NCBI GenBank assembly: GCA_017650325.1
Contig: JAGCFC010000133.1
Coordinates: 3,214-67,213, forward strand
Direction: 5' to 3'
Source of the DNA: Salinivirgaceae bacterium
Lineage (GTDB): Bacteria > Bacteroidota > Bacteroidia > Bacteroidales > SZUA-534
Length of the DNA stretch: 64,000 nucleotides
The notes beneath the pieces were generated by a model that searched no databases, had not been told where the DNA came from, and saw nothing but the letters and a program-made list of their open reading frames with translations. Both the position numbers and the translations under genes were made by a program. This document shows, one piece after another, positions 28,504-38,073 of this stretch (positions are counted from its first letter, which is position 1; each line of letters opens with the position of its first letter).

Positions 28504-29627
28504 TTCTTCAAAAACTCCATTAATGCTTTTTTATTTTCTTGAGGTGTTGATTTCGGTCGACCCAGATCTTTGCGTGCCCCTTTGCACACCTTAATTTCTA
28601 CAAATGTTAACAAATTGCAGCCGTTAATTTCAGAAAGAACACGATCCAATTCCAAAACAGTTGAAATCGAATAAACTTTTTCGTATCCACAAGCTTTTGC
28701 AATCGTAGGAAGGTCTATTGACAATCCAACCGTAGGTTGTCCGCCTACAGAATCATGCGCTCCATTATTTAATACAAAATGAACTAAATTATGAGGTTTA
28801 CGAGTTCCTATTGTAGCAAGTCCACCCATTTGCATTATAGTAGCACCATCACCGTCTATACAATAAATGCGTCTGTCATTTTTTTGCATTGCTATAGCCA
28901 AAGCAATTTGGCTAGCATGTCCCATACTACCAACAGTTAAGAAGTCTCGGTCGTGCCCCATTCCGTGTTTTTCGCGTAATTCGTAAAGCTCACGACTTGC
29001 CATACCAGTAGTGGAAACAAATGCTGTTCGTTCATCTGCAGAAAGCATTATTTTTTCTATAGCATCCTCACGTTTCATTTCAGCACTCACAACATTGTTT
29101 TTTTGCAACACATAGTCACTAAATGTGCCTTTGCGAATCACAAATGCATAAGGAGCCTTGTTATTCTTTATGTATGAATATGCCTTCTCAAATTGTTTCG
29201 GCAAATCAGATTCGTTATCGGAAAGAATATCATACGGAACTTTCATCGCGTCAAGCAACTCACATGTCACCTTCCCTTGTTTTACGTGCTGAGGTTCATC
29301 GTGTACTCCAGGTTCGCCACGCCAACCGATTAGAATCAACAATGGAACTGAATATACATCAGGATCAATAAGTGAAAGCAAAGGGTTTATCATATTACCT
29401 TCACCAGAATTCTGCATATAAACAAGCGGAATTTTGTTGGTAGCGAAATAGTATCCAGCAGCAAGTGCCGTTGCCGAACCCTCATTAGCAGAAATAATAT
29501 GTTTTTCTTCCGGTGCATTGTCTGTAACGTATGCGCAGAAGTTTTTTAAAAGAGAATCAGGCACACCAGCGAAAAAATCCGTGCCATGATTCAAAAGCAA
29601 TTCGTAAAATATTTTTGGTTGAATCAT
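28500..29627 (-). CDS. ppd: Phosphonopyruvate decarboxylase, copy 2
   Basis: 375 aa with the same motif set as copy 1: GVPDSLLK, NEGSATALAAGY, MQNSGEGN, GWRGEPGVHDEPQH, IDGDGATIMQMG. By eye it is about half identical to copy 1. Confidence 0.85.
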   Translation of the reverse strand: MIQPKIFYELLLNHGTDFFAGVPDSLLKNFCAYVTDNAPEEKHIISANEGSATALAAGYYFATNKIPLVYMQNSGEGNMINPLLSLIDPDVYSVPLLILIGWRGEPGVHDEPQHVKQGKVTCELLDAMKVPYDILSDNESDLPKQFEKAYSYIKNNKAPYAFVIRKGTFSDYVLQKNNVVSAEMKREDAIEKIMLSADERTAFVSTTGMASRELYELREKHGMGHDRDFLTVGSMGHASQIALAIAMQKNDRRIYCIDGDGATIMQMGGLATIGTRKPHNLVHFVLNNGAHDSVGGQPTVGLSIDLPTIAKACGYEKVYSISTVLELDRVLSEINGCNLLTFVEIKVCKGARKDLGRPKSTPQENKKALMEFLKK

Positions 29628-29637
29628 AATCTATCAT

Positions 29638-30939
29638 CTATTTTGTTCCAGGAATAAGTTCTAAAATTTCTTTAATAGGCATACACATATCGTTAACTTC
29701 CAACGAACGTTCTGCCTCAAGTATTTTTTCTGCGCATTTTCTCATAGCGGGATAGGAGGCTCTAAGCATGTGGTTAGCGTAAATGATAATATTAGCGCCC
29801 CACTCGCAAAGTTCTTTTTCTGTAAACTGATTATATGTTGTAGGAACAAGAACGATAGGAATGTTTTTATATACATTCCTAAATTTAGCACAAAAATCTT
29901 TTATATCTGCGCCACTCTTATCCTTAGAATGTATCATTATTCCATCTGCTCCGGCCTTAACTGCTGCGAATGCTTTTGTAATCGCCTCATCGACACTATA
30001 ACCAGCGATGATTTCTTCAATTCTGGCAATTATCATAAAGTCTTTAGTAACCTGAGCACGTTTGCCTGCACTGATTTTTTCACAAAATTCCTCCTCAGTT
30101 GCCAACACTTGTTTAGCCTCAGTTCCGAATAGGGAGTTCTTTTTCAAACCCTTTTTATCTTCAATAATAACTGCACTAACACCATTACGTTCCAATGTAC
30201 GTACAGTAAACACGAAATGCTCGGGAATGTCGCCTGTGTCACCGTCATATATTATCGGCTTTGTTGTACATTCCAAAATGTCGGTTAACGACTGCATACG
30301 AGTGGTCAAATCAACTGCTTCAATGTCAGGTTTACCTTTCGATGTGGAATCTGTTAAAGACGAAGACCACATACCGTCAAATTGGTGGATGCCGTCTTCC
30401 TTTTCAACAGAGATGTTTTCAGCTATAAGTCCAGACAATCCAGAATGAGCTTCAAGAATACGCACAATCGGTTTGGCAGCTAAAAGGCGACGCAACCTTG
30501 CACGACGAATATCAGGTGTGGTACCTATTGTTTTTGCATTCTCGTTAAGAGCAGTAGAATTAATTCCTTGTGTATATGGAATTTCAATAATTTGACCGCC
30601 CCATTCTTTCATAGCCTCAAAGCAATCTTCACGGATTTTAGACAGATAGTTGTTTTTCCAATCATCACCGTGAATCATGAAATCGGGTTTAAATTTTTTA
30701 AGGTTAGACACATAACTCCATTCCTCTTGCGGAACAACTTTGGAGACACCTTTGATGTTCTCAACAACCTGTTTTCTTTGTTCGTATGTGAGATAGGGTA
30801 ATCTCTTATGTGCTACAATAGCGCTATCGGTAAGTAAACCAATAATAAGTTGGCCATATGAAGCACCTTTGTTAATGATATTGATAATACCAGGATGAAT
30901 AATATCTCCTGTAATACCAAGGTAAACTGTTTTTGACAT
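29638..30939 (-). CDS. pepM: Cytidylyltransferase-like domain (degenerate HxGH) fused to phosphoenolpyruvate mutase, copy 2
   Basis: 433 aa. The PEP mutase half is conserved ([33 protein letters not shown], ...[10 protein letters not shown]). The N-terminal domain reads GITGDIIHPGIINII where copy 1 has HHGH. Confidence 0.9.
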   Translation of the reverse strand: MSKTVYLGITGDIIHPGIINIINKGASYGQLIIGLLTDSAIVAHKRLPYLTYEQRKQVVENIKGVSKVVPQEEWSYVSNLKKFKPDFMIHGDDWKNNYLSKIREDCFEAMKEWGGQIIEIPYTQGINSTALNENAKTIGTTPDIRRARLRRLLAAKPIVRILEAHSGLSGLIAENISVEKEDGIHQFDGMWSSSLTDSTSKGKPDIEAVDLTTRMQSLTDILECTTKPIIYDGDTGDIPEHFVFTVRTLERNGVSAVIIEDKKGLKKNSLFGTEAKQVLATEEEFCEKISAGKRAQVTKDFMIIARIEEIIAGYSVDEAITKAFAAVKAGADGIMIHSKDKSGADIKDFCAKFRNVYKNIPIVLVPTTYNQFTEKELCEWGANIIIYANHMLRASYPAMRKCAEKILEAERSLEVNDMCMPIKEILELIPGTK

Positions 30940-30980
30940 ATATTTTACTATTTCGTGATATATAATACACTAGAACACGA

Positions 30981-32012
30981 TTATTCTAATAAAGACTTAT
31001 CTTCTTTTATATATTTTATTAATCGTCTATAAGCCGTTTCCAAATTTACTGTTGCTCTCCATCCCAATTTATTTAGTTTAGCAGAAGTCAAACGCAACAA
31101 GACATCGGGTGCATATCCAAAATTTTTATTTTGTGGTATATCGTAGTCGACTTTTATCGCATTTTCCGCAATCTCTCTTACAACAAGTTCCGCAATTTCA
31201 CTTATACTTCTAGTCTCATTATCATTACATACATTATACGATTGCCCATCTTCTCCATTCAAGAGTATTGTAAAAATACCTCGTACGGTATCTGTTGTAT
31301 AACAAAAATTAGATATTGATTTTCCTGCTGTATGAAGGATGATATCCTTTCCACTAATAACACTATTGGCGAATTGCATCGACACCCTATTATCAGACAA
31401 AGGTATGCCGGCGCCAAATGTTAAGGCGAGCCTAACTATTTTTACTGGCAACTTATACTGATGATAATAACACATACATAAACATTCCGCAGCTCGTTTG
31501 CCTTCAGAATAAGATGATCTGGCAGATGTAAGATCTATAAAACCAAGTTTATCCTCAGAAACAGGATTCTGTGTCGCGGTTGTTATGCCATAAACCTCCA
31601 TAGAAGAAAGATACGCCATACTTTTAATCTTACATTTATTTGCATAATTAAGAATATTCTTTGTCCCTGAAATTGCAATGTCTAACGTATCCACAGGAGC
31701 ATCAACCATCAATTTAGATTTTGTATTTGAAGCGCAATGAATAATAAAATCAACAATTATCTCATCTTCTAATGGATTCCTAACATCACCAACAATATAA
31801 TTAACTTTATCTCCAAACAAAGACTTCGCTTTTTGAATGTCTCTAACAAGAGCATATATCTGTAAAGGTATATCAATAGCCAATAATGTTCGAATACAAA
31901 GGGAACCTATTAAACCCGTTGCTCCTGTAACAAGAATCTTAGCATTAAATAGTTTATTCCATGCGATGTTTTTATCGGCTGTTATTATTTTTATATCTTC
32001 TTGTAATATCAT
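30981..32012 (-). CDS. NAD-dependent epimerase/dehydratase/reductase (SDR)
   Basis: 343 aa. It has VTGATGLIGS and the catalytic YSEGK. It lies directly downstream of the IspD-like gene. Confidence 0.8.
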   Translation of the reverse strand: MILQEDIKIITADKNIAWNKLFNAKILVTGATGLIGSLCIRTLLAIDIPLQIYALVRDIQKAKSLFGDKVNYIVGDVRNPLEDEIIVDFIIHCASNTKSKLMVDAPVDTLDIAISGTKNILNYANKCKIKSMAYLSSMEVYGITTATQNPVSEDKLGFIDLTSARSSYSEGKRAAECLCMCYYHQYKLPVKIVRLALTFGAGIPLSDNRVSMQFANSVISGKDIILHTAGKSISNFCYTTDTVRGIFTILLNGEDGQSYNVCNDNETRSISEIAELVVREIAENAIKVDYDIPQNKNFGYAPDVLLRLTSAKLNKLGWRATVNLETAYRRLIKYIKEDKSLLE

Positions 32013-32014
32013 AG

Positions 32015-32722
32015 TTATCCATTATTATTTCTACATTTCATAATCCCCTCAAACATATAAAAATCAAGCGGTGTTGTTATTTTAATATTCTCTGGTGGAC
32101 CTATAACTTTAGGAACAGATCTGTTATACATTTGCATCAAAGTAACAGAATCAATCACATCATTATTGCCTTTTGCTGTTTCTCTTTCATACAAATCCAA
32201 TATTTCACTAAGTATGAAACACTGTGGCGCTCTTAATAAGAAACACTGCTCACGAGGAATAATAGTTCGAGAATCACCACATTCTCGATATATGGTTTCA
32301 ATAGCCGGCGAACATACTACTGCAGAACCATTTTTATTTGTACATTCAATCGCCTCAGAAATAGTTTTATGATCAATCAATGGTCGAACTCCGTCATGAA
32401 TTAACACGACTGCCTCTTCATAATACTTTTTTGCACAGCGTAAGCCTATTAAACGAGATTCATGTCCAGTTTTGCCACCAGACACAATATCTTTTACTTT
32501 ATTAAGACCATATTCCCGAACTAAATCTTCTGTCTTTTTAATCCATTGTTCAATACAAACGACAATAATACCATCTATAATATCTAGTTGTTGAAAGACA
32601 TTAATTGTATAGACAATTATAGGCATACCACCAACTTCTAAAAATTGTTTTGGAATATCGCCCAAGTTCATACGCTTGCCTACTCCGCCTGCAAAGATCA
32701 CAGCCACATTTTTCATTTTCAA
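32015..32722 (-). CDS. IspD/TarI-family cytidylyltransferase (CDP-polyol-type)
   Basis: 235 aa. The N-terminal VAVIFAGGVGKRM...PKQFL is typical of the IspD/TarI family. Confidence 0.8.
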   Translation of the reverse strand: MKMKNVAVIFAGGVGKRMNLGDIPKQFLEVGGMPIIVYTINVFQQLDIIDGIIVVCIEQWIKKTEDLVREYGLNKVKDIVSGGKTGHESRLIGLRCAKKYYEEAVVLIHDGVRPLIDHKTISEAIECTNKNGSAVVCSPAIETIYRECGDSRTIIPREQCFLLRAPQCFILSEILDLYERETAKGNNDVIDSVTLMQMYNRSVPKVIGPPENIKITTPLDFYMFEGIMKCRNNNG

Positions 32723-32759
32723 TTATTATCTTTCAAAATTCAATAACAATATGTTGGTA

Positions 32760-33680
32760 TCATAATACACAATCATCTTGCGTAAAACTTCGTGTACCAT
32801 CAAAATACTCTTTATAATCATGGTCTAGATCAAAGAAAACATCTCCGTGTTGCGATGGAGCGATTACTGGAGTATGGTAATCGCCAAACGTCTTTGTTAA
32901 GACTTTATCAAACTCACATGGGATTCCGATCAACGTATCCTCAAACTTAACACTAACAGGCTTGCCAAACCAACTCCGATTCCATGTGTTTGTTTGCTCA
33001 AGAAAATAATATGTTGAAGTTGTTCCCACCATTTTGGTTTTTTTCCTATTGGGTAGTTTATACCACCATTCATATATTTTAAAAAGACGTCTTACGGATT
33101 TATTGGTTGGCAATGCGATTACAGAAATCATATGTTTAATCTTTGTTATGAGCGAATGTTTGTTCTGTCTATAATAATATTTAGCATAATAAATAATTTG
33201 CATTATTTTTATAGACAACCATTTATGAGTTTTACGAATCAAAAAAACATCAGGCACATTATCTAATGGAAATATGTCAATGAAGACACCTTGGTGATGC
33301 TTATATTTCTCAATGTATTGAATATATCTAATGGCTGTTGTATTATTTTTACGTATCTTGGCATGTCCATAGAAATAGTCTTCTTCAGTTTCGGGTGTTT
33401 GCAAAAAAAAACCATCCGGCAACTCTTGTTGGGCATATGCAATGAATTTGTCATAATCTTCACGCATCATTGATATATCCAAATCATCATCCCACGGAAT
33501 AAAGCCCGAATGACGAACAGCCCCAAGCAAAGTGCCTCCATCTGCATAGTAAACCAAATTATGCCTTTCACATATAGACTTGACGGCTTCCAAAAGTTCA
33601 AGTTCCACATTCCATACTGACCTTCGCTTATTACTAACAAAAAATTCATTCATTGTAAGACTATGATTATATTTATGCAT
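32760..33680 (-). CDS. licD: LicD-family phosphotransferase
   Basis: 306 aa. It has DGGTLLGAVRHSGFIPWDDDLDISM, the LicD signature. Confidence 0.8.
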   Translation of the reverse strand: MHKYNHSLTMNEFFVSNKRRSVWNVELELLEAVKSICERHNLVYYADGGTLLGAVRHSGFIPWDDDLDISMMREDYDKFIAYAQQELPDGFFLQTPETEEDYFYGHAKIRKNNTTAIRYIQYIEKYKHHQGVFIDIFPLDNVPDVFLIRKTHKWLSIKIMQIIYYAKYYYRQNKHSLITKIKHMISVIALPTNKSVRRLFKIYEWWYKLPNRKKTKMVGTTSTYYFLEQTNTWNRSWFGKPVSVKFEDTLIGIPCEFDKVLTKTFGDYHTPVIAPSQHGDVFFDLDHDYKEYFDGTRSFTQDDCVL

Positions 33681-35124
33681 CTTTCTTTATCTTTTGCTTC
33701 CTTTGTAATAATTGATCAACAGCAAAAACATATACATTGTCTTTAAACAATGCCAACATAAGTATATACCCCAATCCTCCCATTAAAATTAGAATCAAAA
33801 GGCCAATTATTGTATCTGGAACCATGCGGCAGGACAAAACAATAATTCCATACATAAATACACCTGCTATAATTTTCTTATACGAAAGACTGAGTATCTG
33901 TCTTAAATGCAAATATCCATCGCAATTAATTAAATACAAGGCTGAAATTATAATTTCTGCAATAATAGATGCGATTACGGCTCCTGCACTTTTCAAATAA
34001 GGAATCAATGCTAAATTCAGAATTAGATTGCATATGGCACCAACAATAAGATACTTTGCACTTTTAATCCTCAAACCTGCAGGATTATAATACTGATCAC
34101 CCAACGCATTACTTATTGCAATAATTACAATGATAGGAGACAATAATTTGAGCAAAAGTATTACTCCATCATAACCTACCCCAAAAAAAATGGGTACAAA
34201 TCTGTCAGAAATCGCTGCAATGCCAAAGGTAAAACCGAATCCTAATGCCAACATTATGCTCAATGAAAGTTGCAAATTAATCTTTATTTTATCGTATTCT
34301 TTATTAATAAACAAATATGAATTCCTTGCACATAACACAGCATTTAAAGATGTGAAAGTGATGGCTTTCGCTATTTCAATAACTTTTGTTGTTTGTTCAT
34401 AAATGCCATTTTCATATGTGCTTTGAGTTATTGTTCCTATCAATGTTTTATCAAGTACTGTATAAATGGTAGTTGCCACTGATGGAACAAAATACACCAT
34501 TACATCCTTCATGTGTCTGAATGGATTACATTCACTAAATCTGAGTTTATTCACATATTTTCTAAGATTCACCCATAATGTTATATTTCCAACAAATGTT
34601 CCGCCCCCCATGATTAAACAATAAACGGGAAGATCATCTGTTGATTTAACAAAAATGAATATGGCGACAACCTCTAGAACTCTAATTACCACATTTCTTG
34701 ACACGATGTAAGGAAACAACTCCAAGCCTGCATAAAACCATGATATATCAAACAAAGCGGCTACAATGTATATTGTAAGGATTTCAAATACTACTATGTT
34801 TTCAGACTGGCACCCTATTAATATAATCCATCCGACAAACGCTAATAGAGTTGTTACTGCACGCAACAACTCTATCTCCCAAAATGCAACACTTACAGTC
34901 TTTTTGTTATCTCTTAGTCTTGCTATTTCTCTTGTGCCATACGTGGCAGTTCCCAAAACAGCCAATAAGCAAAAATACGATTGCAACGAATAAGAATAAC
35001 TAAATATACCTACATTATCAACACCAAGCACCCTTGCAACATATGGTGTGGTAATAAATGGAGTAATTATTCTAAGAACTTGTGATATTGTATTTAAAAT
35101 GAAATTAGTTCTAATTCTCATCAT
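33673..35124 (-). CDS. wzx: Wzx-type oligosaccharide flippase (polysaccharide biosynthesis / MOP family)
   Basis: 483 aa, polytopic (about 12-14 TM helices). The N-terminal ...ITPFITTPYVARVLGVDNVGIFSYSYS is typical of the family. Confidence 0.8.
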   Translation of the reverse strand: MMRIRTNFILNTISQVLRIITPFITTPYVARVLGVDNVGIFSYSYSLQSYFCLLAVLGTATYGTREIARLRDNKKTVSVAFWEIELLRAVTTLLAFVGWIILIGCQSENIVVFEILTIYIVAALFDISWFYAGLELFPYIVSRNVVIRVLEVVAIFIFVKSTDDLPVYCLIMGGGTFVGNITLWVNLRKYVNKLRFSECNPFRHMKDVMVYFVPSVATTIYTVLDKTLIGTITQSTYENGIYEQTTKVIEIAKAITFTSLNAVLCARNSYLFINKEYDKIKINLQLSLSIMLALGFGFTFGIAAISDRFVPIFFGVGYDGVILLLKLLSPIIVIIAISNALGDQYYNPAGLRIKSAKYLIVGAICNLILNLALIPYLKSAGAVIASIIAEIIISALYLINCDGYLHLRQILSLSYKKIIAGVFMYGIIVLSCRMVPDTIIGLLILILMGGLGYILMLALFKDNVYVFAVDQLLQRKQKIKKDA

Positions 35125-36437
35125 ACCGGATAACGGTTACTACAAATAACACTCTGTCTATGAAATTTAAATGAAGATTCTGACAAAATAATTGTAATAC
35201 AAAAAAAACAAAAGAAGTTCAAATGGTAGAATGCCGGATCAATAATATTTACTAATAAGAAAAACAATTGCATACCCAATCCCACAACCCCTATAATCAA
35301 ATTGTCCGATTGTTCAGATATTTTATGTCGCATCATCTTTCTTACATTTCTAAATGTAATCAAGAATATGTGAATCATAGGAGTAAAAATCAAAATAAAG
35401 CCAACAACACCAGTCTCACAAAGCCATTGTAAATATGTGTTATGTACATCATGATTGTACTTGTTTTGAGTCATAAATTGCTCCCAGCCTATTCCTAATA
35501 TCGGATTTTCCTTAAATAAGTTCCACGCTTGGTCCCAAAGTGCCAAACGACCTCCACTATAATCTTGACTATTAATATTTTTATATGTTAGTTTCTGAAA
35601 AAAATCATCGTATCTCGTAAGGTGACCTGTTTTATGCAGAATCATTAATGCTAATATAACGAACAACATAACCATCAATAAACATATGATTTTTTTAATA
35701 AACGCTTTTCCTTTACGAACGTCCAACGACATAATATAAAGACATAAAATTGTAATAACAAAAGCAATTATTTCGGATTTTCGATTTTCAAATAATATGG
35801 CGACAAAAAAAATGATGATTTTAATAAATGATAACGAACTAATACTTTTTCGCTGATTATCAAAAAACAGGCTGGCAAAAAAATAGAACAATGGAATAAT
35901 GATAACATAATCCGCATAAGTTGAAGATCCTCCAATAGGAACCCCATACCCTTTCCTCATTTGATTATTTGCCATTTCTTGCACATACGGGCCCAATTTT
36001 GGATATATAAAATCCCAATAGACATTAGGATAAAGTTTTATTATAATTACATACAAAGAAATGACTACAGCAACTAAATTAACCCATTTAAAAAAACGAT
36101 TTATTTCCTGTCTATCTGTTGTATATAAAACTGCCATCACCCCAAAAACTGCCATTGATATCATAATGGCTATTGTTGTGTGTTCTGCTTTATTTGAGTT
36201 TGGTGCTAAAGTGAAAAGTACGCATGTAATAATCAGCAACCAAAACCATATTCCATACCTTGACAAAGAAATGCAAGTGCGGTATTTGACTACTAAAAAA
36301 AAAGCACAAATTGTCATTATTAAATATCCGTATAAATAACGTATATTTAAGTCATTATAAATGAAATTTGTCAAAAGGAATATTGTTATTATTGACAGTA
36401 TTCTATTCTTCTTTCGTACGACCCCAAATTGTTTCAT
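35121..36437 (-). CDS. wzy: Wzy-type polymerase (O-antigen ligase family)
   Basis: 438 aa, polytopic. The loop signature is GGRLALWDQAWNLFKENPILGIGWEQF...HDVHNTYLQWLCETGVVG. Confidence 0.75.
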   Translation of the reverse strand: MKQFGVVRKKNRILSIITIFLLTNFIYNDLNIRYLYGYLIMTICAFFLVVKYRTCISLSRYGIWFWLLIITCVLFTLAPNSNKAEHTTIAIMISMAVFGVMAVLYTTDRQEINRFFKWVNLVAVVISLYVIIIKLYPNVYWDFIYPKLGPYVQEMANNQMRKGYGVPIGGSSTYADYVIIIPLFYFFASLFFDNQRKSISSLSFIKIIIFFVAILFENRKSEIIAFVITILCLYIMSLDVRKGKAFIKKIICLLMVMLFVILALMILHKTGHLTRYDDFFQKLTYKNINSQDYSGGRLALWDQAWNLFKENPILGIGWEQFMTQNKYNHDVHNTYLQWLCETGVVGFILIFTPMIHIFLITFRNVRKMMRHKISEQSDNLIIGVVGLGMQLFFLLVNIIDPAFYHLNFFCFFCITIILSESSFKFHRQSVICSNRYPV

Positions 36438-37249
36438 TCCGCCAAGTTCATGTACTCTTTTACAAACACTTCCATTTCATCTTGTTCTTTCTTTAGCGTA
36501 ATGGCATGCATTGCATCCGGCTTATCTTTTCGTGGTGTCATATAACTTATACCATATGAACTTTTAAGTACAGTATCGTAATCTTTAACTATCATTAATT
36601 TCTTATCCTCAAAATTAGTAAGAATATAATGAGTATTAATTGCGGCGGGCAAAACCATACTACTTCCAACTCTCGTGTCGTTAGACCGATGAACGAATGA
36701 TTTATTACCTTGCAGTTGTTTCATAAACCATTTAGCCAGTCTTATTCGAAATCTATATGGTATTATTTGTGACATGTAAACCAAAGCATTAATAAAAAAC
36801 TTATTTACCCCCTTATACAATCCATTCAAATTAGACATTCTTTGGTCAGAAATTGTTCTGGTCATCAAAATAAAAAATTTTGTTCCCGCCATTTTTAACC
36901 GCTGTACAAATTGCTTTTCTGAGATATAGTCATAAACAAATATATCCGCCCAAACTACCGGACAACCATTTCTTTTCATAACGAATTGAGGAAATCGATT
37001 AATATCAACGAATGCGAAACCTCTCGATAATTTAATTGTTTTCATCAATAAACAGAACTTATCAAAATTTTCACGATCCATTGTAATATCTGCATCATCA
37101 TCCCACGCAATAAACCCTTTTTCCCGTATAGCTCCTAACAAAGTTCCTCCATGAAGTGAATATTTGATTCCATTTTGTACACATAATTTATGAAAATTCT
37201 CTAAAAGAATTAACAATTCTTTGTGTATCATTTCTATATCTTTCGACAT
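36434..37249 (-). CDS. licD: LicD-family phosphotransferase
   Basis: 271 aa. It has HGGTLLGAIREKGFIAWDDDADITM. Confidence 0.8.
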   Translation of the reverse strand: MSKDIEMIHKELLILLENFHKLCVQNGIKYSLHGGTLLGAIREKGFIAWDDDADITMDRENFDKFCLLMKTIKLSRGFAFVDINRFPQFVMKRNGCPVVWADIFVYDYISEKQFVQRLKMAGTKFFILMTRTISDQRMSNLNGLYKGVNKFFINALVYMSQIIPYRFRIRLAKWFMKQLQGNKSFVHRSNDTRVGSSMVLPAAINTHYILTNFEDKKLMIVKDYDTVLKSSYGISYMTPRKDKPDAMHAITLKKEQDEMEVFVKEYMNLAE

Positions 37250-37273
37250 AAACGCAGTATCTCCTTCTTCTTA

Positions 37274-38023
37274 TTAATATATATGCTGCGGTGCACGTTC
37301 TTTTTCTGGTGGAAGTTGCATATAATCGCCAAATTGTTTTTTTAGATAATCTTCATATCTTGTAATAATAAAAAACTCCTTATTTTCAAATTTGTGCAAT
37401 TCATAGCCATCCATTATATTATCTTTATATTGGTATGAGATTAACTTGAACTTATCATTAAATATACTTAAATGCTTGCTTCCTTTTTTATTACCAATTT
37501 GAGAGACTTTATCATACCGAGAAAAAAGATTCTTCTTATTAAAAAAATGACCCAAAAAGGCTGTAACTTTAATACAAAAAGAATAAAACCAAGAATACTC
37601 CCTATACATAGAGTTTTCACGAAGCATTCCTTGCAATACCATCAATCTTATTATCTGAATTTTGTTAACGATTTTACTATTAGGGACCCTATCCATTACA
37701 AATAAATCTATTGAAGGTACATATCCGTTAATTTTGTGACATTTACGGACACGATAAACCCATTGATCTTGTTCTAAAATATACTCCAGATCCGTGGCAT
37801 TACTCATTGCTATAATAAATTTCTCATAATTACAACGGTCGAACATAATATCAAAATCATCATCCCATGGGATAAAACCGTTATGTCGGATCGCACCCAA
37901 AAGTGAACCACCGGTCAGGCTGTATTTAATTCCATTCGTTTCACAAAACGAATGAATAAAGCACATCAAATCAAGTAATTCATTATGTAAATTGCCTAAT
38001 CCGTACGATTCTTTTTTTGTCAT
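37274..38023 (-). CDS. licD: LicD-family phosphotransferase
   Basis: 249 aa. It has TGGSLLGAIRHNGFIPWDDDFDIMF. Confidence 0.8.
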   Translation of the reverse strand: MTKKESYGLGNLHNELLDLMCFIHSFCETNGIKYSLTGGSLLGAIRHNGFIPWDDDFDIMFDRCNYEKFIIAMSNATDLEYILEQDQWVYRVRKCHKINGYVPSIDLFVMDRVPNSKIVNKIQIIRLMVLQGMLRENSMYREYSWFYSFCIKVTAFLGHFFNKKNLFSRYDKVSQIGNKKGSKHLSIFNDKFKLISYQYKDNIMDGYELHKFENKEFFIITRYEDYLKKQFGDYMQLPPEKERAPQHIY

Positions 38024-38073
38024 ACATCAAACTAATCATTATATTTCAAAAGGTAAATAATATCACAATAATT

